A stretch of DNA of 10,922 nt from NCBI GenBank assembly GCA_028712345.1, contig JAQTQF010000036.1:1-10922 (forward strand), written 5' to 3'. The notes beneath the pieces were generated by a model, which saw only the letters and a program-made list of their open reading frames with translations, was not told the DNA's origin and made no database searches. Shown here piece by piece: positions 6,326-10,922 of the stretch; within the stretch, counting starts at the first letter, position 1; each line of letters opens with the position of its first letter. A program made the position numbers and the translations under genes. Source of the DNA: Phycisphaerae bacterium (GTDB taxonomy: Bacteria > Planctomycetota > Phycisphaerae > Sedimentisphaerales > UBA12454).

Positions 6326-7714
6326 ATGGACAGAAAAATATTATTGCATGAGAAAGACATTCCTAAGAAGTGGTACAATCTGGCAGCCGATTTGCCAAGT
6401 CCGCTTCAGCCGCCGCTCGGTCCGGACGGTAAGCCTATAACCCCTGATATGCTCGCACCGGTTTTCCCGATGAATATTATCGAACAGGAAGTCAGTACAG
6501 AAAGATGGATTGACATTCCGCAGGAAATTCTTGATATTCTTTACCGCTGGCGGCCAAGCCCCTTGAGAAGGGCGGTCTATCTCGAACGATATCTCCAAAC
6601 GCCGGCGAAGATTTACTACAAAGACGAAAGCGTCAGTCCGCCGGGCAGTCATAAACCGAATACATCCGTCGCTCAGGCTTATTATAACAAGGCTTTTGGC
6701 ATAAAGAAAATCACCACCGAAACCGGTGCCGGCCAATGGGGTTCGGCCCTTGCCTTCGCCTGCAACCTGCTTGGACTCGAATGCAAGGTCTATATGGTGC
6801 GGATCAGTTTCGACCAAAAACCTTTCAGAAAATTAATGATGCAGGTCTGGGGCGCAAATTGCGTGGCAAGCCCAAGCAATGAGACGGAATTCGGCCGAAA
6901 AATTTTGAAAGAATTGCCCGATACCCCCGGCTCGCTCGGAATTGCCATTTCAGAAGCAATCGAAGAGGCTGTTCACGACAAAACCGGAAAAACAAGGTAT
7001 TCGCTCGGCAGCGTCTTAAATCATGTTATGCTGCATCAGACGATAATGGGGCTCGAAGCCAAAAAGCAGCTTGAAATGGTAGGCATAAAGAAGCCGGATG
7101 TTGTTATCGGCTGTGCCGGCGGCGGAAGCAACTTCGCAGGTCTGGCCTTTCCGTTCGTAAACGACAAAATAAACGGTGCCGACATTGACATTATTCCCGT
7201 CGAGCCGAAGGCTTGTCCGACGATGACAAAGGGCGAATTTGCTTATGACCACGGCGATACCGCCTGTATGACTCCGCTGCTTGCGATGCACACACTTGGC
7301 CATGCCTTCGTGCCCAAGCCAATCCACGCCGGCGGACTCCGTTATCACGGTATGGCTCCGCTTGTTTGCCAGGCTATTGTCGAAGGTCTGCTTAAACCGG
7401 TCTCATACCACCAGCTCAAATGCTACGAATCAGCGATGATTTGGGCAAAAACAGAAGGGACTATCTGTGCCCCAGAAACCAGCCACGCAATTGCTTGTGC
7501 GATTGATGAGGCGTTAAAAGCAAAACAAGAGGGTAAGGAAAAGGTTATTATTTTTAGTTACAGCGGCCACGGCCTGATGGATTTAACCGGCTACGATGCT
7601 TATCTGAGCGGCAAACTTACCGATTATGAACTGCCGGACGATGAACTTAAAAAATCGACAGCGGTCTTAAGCGGCCTGCCGAAACCCTCGACCAAAAAAT
7701 CCGGAAAATGGTAA
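6326..7714 (+). CDS. trpB2: TrpB2-type tryptophan synthase beta-like PLP-dependent enzyme
   Basis: 462 aa. It carries the TrpB2-type N-terminal extension and the PLP-lysine region [25 protein letters not shown]. The glycine-rich PLP-phosphate loop is [14 protein letters not shown]. The length and motifs match the TrpB2 subfamily (about 450 aa) rather than canonical TrpB1. RBS AAAGGGA is present. No trpA lies adjacent. Confidence 0.88.
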   Translation: MDRKILLHEKDIPKKWYNLAADLPSPLQPPLGPDGKPITPDMLAPVFPMNIIEQEVSTERWIDIPQEILDILYRWRPSPLRRAVYLERYLQTPAKIYYKDESVSPPGSHKPNTSVAQAYYNKAFGIKKITTETGAGQWGSALAFACNLLGLECKVYMVRISFDQKPFRKLMMQVWGANCVASPSNETEFGRKILKELPDTPGSLGIAISEAIEEAVHDKTGKTRYSLGSVLNHVMLHQTIMGLEAKKQLEMVGIKKPDVVIGCAGGGSNFAGLAFPFVNDKINGADIDIIPVEPKACPTMTKGEFAYDHGDTACMTPLLAMHTLGHAFVPKPIHAGGLRYHGMAPLVCQAIVEGLLKPVSYHQLKCYESAMIWAKTEGTICAPETSHAIACAIDEALKAKQEGKEKVIIFSYSGHGLMDLTGYDAYLSGKLTDYELPDDELKKSTAVLSGLPKPSTKKSGKW

Positions 7715-7796
7715 TAGCTTGGAAGATTTCGTTGGCTTTGCTAATAAAATTGGCCTGTTTGTGCGTTGGTTTCCTTGATTTTAGCTGTTTAGATAG

Positions 7797-7824
7797 TTGC
7801 AAAAGATTATTTTTCTGGTAGAAT
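7797..7824 (+). promoter_or_regulatory. putative promoter for tRNA-Tyr (TTGCAA-N16-TAGAAT)
   Basis: TTGCAA at 7797-7802 and TAGAAT at 7819-7824. The mature tRNA 5' end is at 7903, about 70 nt downstream. Confidence 0.35.
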
Positions 7825-7902
7825 ACCCCGCTTGTAGTTGGTTTTAAGTCTTAACTTGCTTTTGAGTAAAGAGTTAGACGGCAAGAGTGGTATTTAAAAA
7901 AT

Positions 7903-7985
7903 GGGTCGGTGCCCGAGCGGCCAAAGGGGACGGGCTGTAAACCCGTTGGCGCAAGCCTTCGTTGGTTCGATTCCAACCCGGCCCA
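7903..7985 (+). tRNA. tRNA-Tyr (anticodon GTA), class II with a long variable arm
   Basis: I folded the cloverleaf by hand. The acceptor stem is GGGTCGG/CCGGCCC with one G-U pair. The D-arm is CCCGAGCGGCCAAAGGGG, as in E. coli tRNA-Tyr. The anticodon stem ACGGG/CCCGT carries loop CTGTAAA, giving anticodon GTA. The variable arm is a stem-loop GGC-GCAA-GCC. The T-arm is GTTGG-TTCGATT-CCAAC and the discriminator is A. CCA is not encoded. Confidence 0.9.
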
Positions 7986-8026
7986 TTTTTTTTATCTATG
8001 AGGTTAATGAGATATTTAGTGTTTGC

Positions 8027-8052
8027 CCGGTTGTTCTGTCAGCCGGTTTTTT
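8027..8052 (+). terminator. rho-independent terminator downstream of tRNA-Tyr
   Basis: Stem CCGGTTG (8027-8033) pairs with CAGCCGG (8040-8046) as 7 bp including one G-U. The loop is TTCTGT, followed by TTTTTT (8047-8052). The complementary strand has no T-run, so it terminates + transcripts only. Confidence 0.5.
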
Positions 8053-8092
8053 ATGCCGGGGTATGGTATTAGTTCTTATATTTCTTTTACAC

Positions 8093-8121
8093 TTGACATA
8101 TATTGGTTGTAAATATATCTT
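8093..8121 (+). promoter_or_regulatory. putative promoter for tRNA-Val (TTGACA-N17-TATCTT)
   Basis: A consensus -35 TTGACA lies at 8093-8098. The best -10 is TATCTT at 8116-8121. The predicted TSS is a few nt before the tRNA 5' end at 8135. Confidence 0.3.
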
Positions 8122-8134
8122 GATCAGCTCTTTG

Positions 8135-8208
8135 GGGCGGTTAGCTCAGTTGGTTAGAGCGCCTGCCTTACAAGCAGGATGTCGTAGGTTCGAGTCCTAT
8201 ACTGCCCA
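8135..8208 (+). tRNA. tRNA-Val (anticodon TAC)
   Basis: Hand-folded. The acceptor stem is GGGCGGT/ACTGCCC with one G-U, followed by U8 A9. The D-stem is GCTC/GAGC with loop AGTTGGTTA. The anticodon stem CCTGC/GCAGG carries loop CTTACAA, giving anticodon TAC. The variable loop is ATGTC. The T-arm is GTAGG-TTCGAGT-CCTAT and the discriminator is A. CCA is not encoded. Confidence 0.88.
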
Positions 8209-8300
8209 TTGAGATGCTGGCAAAACCTGAAAAAAAAGGGTGTTTGCGAGTGGTCTCGGACTCCTCAAGAAAAGCATAATTGTATTACCCTCGGATAAAC

Positions 8301-8702
8301 TCAGGTGATGAATGTGCCGCTGCGGTTCATTTCTTCTTCGCTTGCCCCTGATATATCAGGACTCGGCTGGGGCAGTTCATCGTCCGGTACTGATGGTCTG
8401 GCGGGTTGGCCGTCGATTTGAATTGTAAATGTCAAAGGTCCTACCTGGAGACGATCGCCGGGCTTTGCCTCTATTTCGTCGCCGACTTTTTGGCTATTGA
8501 GGAATGTGCCGTTGCTTGAACGGAGGTCGCGAATCTTCAAACTCTGCCCTTCAACGCTCAACTGACAATGCCTGCGGGAAATCACCTGCAAAGGGATACA
8601 CAGGTCACAATCAGGCCTTCGACCGAGTATCGTAGCCTTGTTGCGAACAGGAAAGACCTTTTTTGTCCCATCCTTTTTCAGTAACATCAGCGAAATAGAC
8701 AT
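8301..8702 (-). CDS. small FHA (forkhead-associated) domain protein with an acidic Pro-rich C-terminal tail
   Basis: 133 aa. Conserved FHA residues are present: G-R (TILGRRPDCD), S-x-x-H (ISRRHCQL), and N-G (LRSSNGTFLN followed by a hydrophobic beta strand). The C-terminus is low-complexity acidic (PDDELPQPSPDISGASEEEMN). The RBS AAAGGA lies about 8 nt upstream of the ATG. Confidence 0.8.
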   Translation of the reverse strand: MSISLMLLKKDGTKKVFPVRNKATILGRRPDCDLCIPLQVISRRHCQLSVEGQSLKIRDLRSSNGTFLNSQKVGDEIEAKPGDRLQVGPLTFTIQIDGQPARPSVPDDELPQPSPDISGASEEEMNRSGTFIT

Positions 8703-8749
8703 TTCTCGTCCTTTCAGGCCGCTGTTAAACTCTCTCTACACTGATGTGT

Positions 8750-8779
8750 ATTGTAACACGGAAACAGATATATTTGCAA
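8750..8779 (-). promoter_or_regulatory. putative promoter for the FHA gene (TTGCAA-N18-TACAAT on the minus strand)
   Basis: On the minus strand, TTGCAA lies at + coordinates 8774-8779 and TACAAT at + 8750-8755. The spacer is 18 nt. It lies in the divergent intergenic region shared with the HAD gene. Confidence 0.3.
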
Positions 8780-8821
8780 GCTTTTTATAGATAAAGATAT
8801 AAAAAATCCTTAATAGTATTG

Positions 8822-8850
8822 TTGACCATTTATGGCTTTGCGGTTAGACT
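8822..8850 (+). promoter_or_regulatory. putative promoter for the HAD hydrolase gene (TTGACC-N17-TAGACT)
   Basis: TTGACC at 8822-8827 and TAGACT at 8845-8850 with a 17-nt spacer. The RBS AGG lies at 8868-8870, 6 nt before the ATG at 8877. Confidence 0.35.
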
Positions 8851-8876
8851 CCCAGGCTTTGGTTTACAGGTAAGAA

Positions 8877-9530
8877 ATGAGATATAAAGCGGCGATATTT
8901 GACCTCGACGGGACATTGGCCGATACCCTTGCGGATTTGACCGATGCTATTAATTATGGGCTCCAGCAGTTTGGCCGACCGCAAAGAACCGCCCAGGCTC
9001 TCTCGAAAATGATAGGCGATGGAATACGAGTTACGATAGGCAGGGCGATCGGAGCAGGTAAGCAGGAATTGATAGCCGGCGTGGTCGAAAAAATGTGCGA
9101 AAAATACGCTCAGATATGTCTCGACAAGACAAGGCCTTATGATGGTATGTTTGAAACGGTAGCCGAGCTTCATAAAAGTGGGGTCAAACTTGCGGTTTTG
9201 ACGAATAAAGACCAGGCCTCAGCGGAGAAGATTGTAGGTCATTTTTTTGACGGTTATTTCGAAATTGTCCGCGGAACAACCTTGGGTGGACCTGTAAAGC
9301 CCGACCCGTCCCCTGCGTTTCGGATAATTGCTCAGCTCGGAGTCAAACCACAGGAAACGGTGTTTATCGGCGACAGCGGCATTGATATGCAGACGGCAAA
9401 AGCGTGTCAAAATTACGCTGTCGGAGTCAGTTGGGGCCTGCGGGAGGTGGAAGAGCTAAGGCAAAACGGGGCTGATGTTATTATAGATTACCCCAAACAA
9501 TTGCTGGGTATTTTTACAGACTCACTATAG
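8877..9530 (+). CDS. HAD-IA family hydrolase (phosphoglycolate phosphatase / PpaX-like)
   Basis: HAD motif I is AIFDLDGTL (the nucleophile Asp and the +2 Asp). Motif II Thr is in AVLTNKD. Motif III/IV is FIGDSGIDMQTA. A cap domain lies between motifs I and II, as in subfamily IA. Confidence 0.85.
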   Translation: MRYKAAIFDLDGTLADTLADLTDAINYGLQQFGRPQRTAQALSKMIGDGIRVTIGRAIGAGKQELIAGVVEKMCEKYAQICLDKTRPYDGMFETVAELHKSGVKLAVLTNKDQASAEKIVGHFFDGYFEIVRGTTLGGPVKPDPSPAFRIIAQLGVKPQETVFIGDSGIDMQTAKACQNYAVGVSWGLREVEELRQNGADVIIDYPKQLLGIFTDSL

Positions 9531-9575
9531 GCTTTTGGGCAACAATGGCGGCAGGGCAGACCATATAATCTTTTG

Positions 9576-9613
9576 TTGTCAATACTTGACAAATTTTGCC
9601 GATAAGATATATT
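9576..9613 (+). promoter_or_regulatory. putative thrS promoter (TTGACA-N16-TATATT) with a perfect palindrome overlapping the -35
   Basis: TTGACA at 9586-9591 and TATATT at 9608-9613. The -35 forms the right arm of the perfect inverted repeat TTGTCAA-tac-TTGACAA (9576-9592). The leader to the thrS ATG is about 70 nt. Confidence 0.35.
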
Positions 9614-9689
9614 GTGGATATTGCTAACTCGTTTTGCTGCTATGGAATAGGTTTTTTAACAATTTTAGGGATTATTACTCCGGAAAGAT

Positions 9690-10922
9690 ATGGCAAAAGT
9701 AACACTGCCTGATGGCAAAGTATTGGATGTAGAGGACGGTCTGGCGGCAGGGCAGATAGTTGAAAAAATTGGGAAACGGCTTGCGCAGGACGCAGTGGCG
9801 GTAAAAATCAACGGCCAATTGGCTGATTTGAGCACTCCTGTAACCGGACAGATAACTTTTCAAGTCATAACAAACACTAGCAAAGAAGCTCTGGAAATTC
9901 TTCGCCATAGCTGCGCTCATGTTATGGCCGAGGCAATATGTTCAATCTGGCCCAAAGCCGAACTGGTTTACGGACCGACAATCGCCGACGGTTTTTATTA
10001 TGACATCGACCTCGATGAGCCGATAAGGCCGGAAGACTTCGGAAAAATAGAAAACAAAATGGCCGAGATCGCTTCGCAGAATCTGCCGTTTATTCGCAAG
10101 GAACTCAGCAGAGCCCAGGCAAATCTTCATGTGGCGGGAAATAAATACAAGGTTGACAATATAAGCCGCGCGCAGGGCGAGACTATAAGTTTTTATTCGC
10201 ATGGACAGGGGTTTGAGGATTTGTGCAGGGGGCCGCATGTTGCGAGTACCGGCAAAATCGGCAGTTTTAAAATTATGTCCGTGGCAGGGGCTTACTGGCA
10301 CGGCGATGCGACTCAGAAAATGCTGCAGCGGGTTTACGGCACAAGCTGGAGAGATAAAAAAGAGCTTGACGAATATCTCAATATGCTCGAAGAAGCGAAA
10401 AAGCGCGACCATCGCGTTATAGGCAAACAGCTTGATTTATTCAGTTTTCACGAAGAAGGGCCCGGCTTTGCTTTCTTCCACCCAAAGGGAATGGTGATAT
10501 GGAATGCCGTTACGGAATTCTGGCGGAGCGTTCATAAGAAATATGATTATCAGGAAATCAAAACGCCTATAATTCTCAATCAGGAGCTTTGGAAACTCAG
10601 CGGGCATTGGGATAACTATAAAGAGAATATGTATTTTACGGTCGTTGACGAGGTTGGTTATGCGATAAAGCCGATGAACTGTCCCGGCGGATGTTTGGTT
10701 TACGCCAATAAACAGCATTCGTATCGTGAGTTTCCGATAAGGAATGCAGAGCTTGGGCTTGTTCACCGGCACGAAGCCAGCGGCGTAATGCACGGGCTTG
10801 TCAGAGTTCGGCAGTTTACTCAGGATGACGCTCATATATTCTGCACCGAAGAGCAGATTGAAGACGAGATTGTCGGCGTAATAAATTTGGTCTTTGAAAT
10901 ATACTCGGCGTTTGGTTTCGAG
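9690..10922 (+). CDS. thrS: threonyl-tRNA synthetase, N-terminal about 411 aa (partial; runs off the 3' end of the window)
   Basis: I translated by hand from ATG 9690. The frame is open to the window end, so it is not in the ORF track. The sequence is MAKVTLPDGKVLDVEDG... (TGS domain), then the editing-domain motif HSCAHVMAEA and the class II catalytic-core signatures RDHRVIGKQLDLF, FFHPKGMVIWN and HRHEASGVMHGLVRVRQFTQDDAHIFC. All minus-strand ORFs in 9942-10835 are antisense artifacts of this gene. Confidence 0.95.
   Translation, partial: MAKVTLPDGKVLDVEDGLAAGQIVEKIGKRLAQDAVAVKINGQLADLSTPVTGQITFQVITNTSKEALEILRHSCAHVMAEAICSIWPKAELVYGPTIADGFYYDIDLDEPIRPEDFGKIENKMAEIASQNLPFIRKELSRAQANLHVAGNKYKVDNISRAQGETISFYSHGQGFEDLCRGPHVASTGKIGSFKIMSVAGAYWHGDATQKMLQRVYGTSWRDKKELDEYLNMLEEAKKRDHRVIGKQLDLFSFHEEGPGFAFFHPKGMVIWNAVTEFWRSVHKKYDYQEIKTPIILNQELWKLSGHWDNYKENMYFTVVDEVGYAIKPMNCPGGCLVYANKQHSYREFPIRNAELGLVHRHEASGVMHGLVRVRQFTQDDAHIFCTEEQIEDEIVGVINLVFEIYSAFGFE

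Noticed and set aside
6341-7348. Minus-strand ORFs at 6341-6817 and 7016-7348
   Set aside because: They are antisense to trpB2, with no motifs and an Arg/Leu-rich shadow-frame composition.
7901-8212. 103-aa plus-strand ORF
   Set aside because: It runs straight through tRNA-Tyr, the intervening terminator, and tRNA-Val. The tRNA structures explain the region fully.
8209-8300. Possible bidirectional terminator between the convergent tRNA-Val and FHA gene (A8 tract, short CGAG/CTCG and GCAAA/TTTGC stems)
   Set aside because: Stems are only 4-5 bp with bulges and are not adjacent to the T/A run. This is too weak to call.
9942-10835. Minus-strand ORFs at 9942-10412 and 10437-10835, and the plus-strand ORF at 10201-10422
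   Set aside because: All lie within or antisense to the thrS coding sequence. thrS is unambiguous from conserved class II synthetase motifs and is open to the window end.
1-10922. Mobile elements, CRISPR arrays, integrase or att sites, long repeats
   Set aside because: Scanning by eye found no terminal inverted repeats, transposase- or integrase-like ORFs, or spaced direct-repeat arrays. The only exact repeat of 15 nt or more is the thrS leader/CDS 15-mer, reported separately.

Overview
This window looks like ordinary chromosomal housekeeping DNA from a moderately AT-rich bacterium, densely packed with genes on both strands. No mobile element, CRISPR array or long repeat is visible.

Ten protein-coding genes and two tRNAs can be supported from sequence:
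- a flotillin/SPFH membrane protein;
- an unlisted 57-aa Cys-rich basic mini-ORF sitting exactly in the gap between the convergent flotillin and SpoIID-like genes;
- a minus-strand operon of a TPR protein carrying two tandem RNA-polymerase alpha C-terminal-domain (alphaCTD) copies, coupled with an 8-nt intercistronic gap to a SpoIID/LytB-family lipoprotein, and driven by a near-consensus promoter;
- a monofunctional hisI;
- a UPF0104/LPG-synthase-TM-type membrane protein;
- a stand-alone TrpB2;
- separately transcribed tRNA-Tyr(GTA) and tRNA-Val(TAC) with an intrinsic terminator between them;
- a small FHA-domain protein, a HAD-IA phosphatase, and the 5' part of thrS, which runs off the window end.

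The most unusual item is the TPR + 2x alphaCTD protein coupled to a SpoIID-like peptidoglycan-remodelling lipoprotein. Secondary items are the Cys-rich mini-ORF, a perfect palindrome overlapping the predicted thrS -35, and a 15-nt exact direct repeat shared by the thrS leader and thrS coding region.

All family assignments rest on motif recognition by eye against remembered family signatures. No database search was run.
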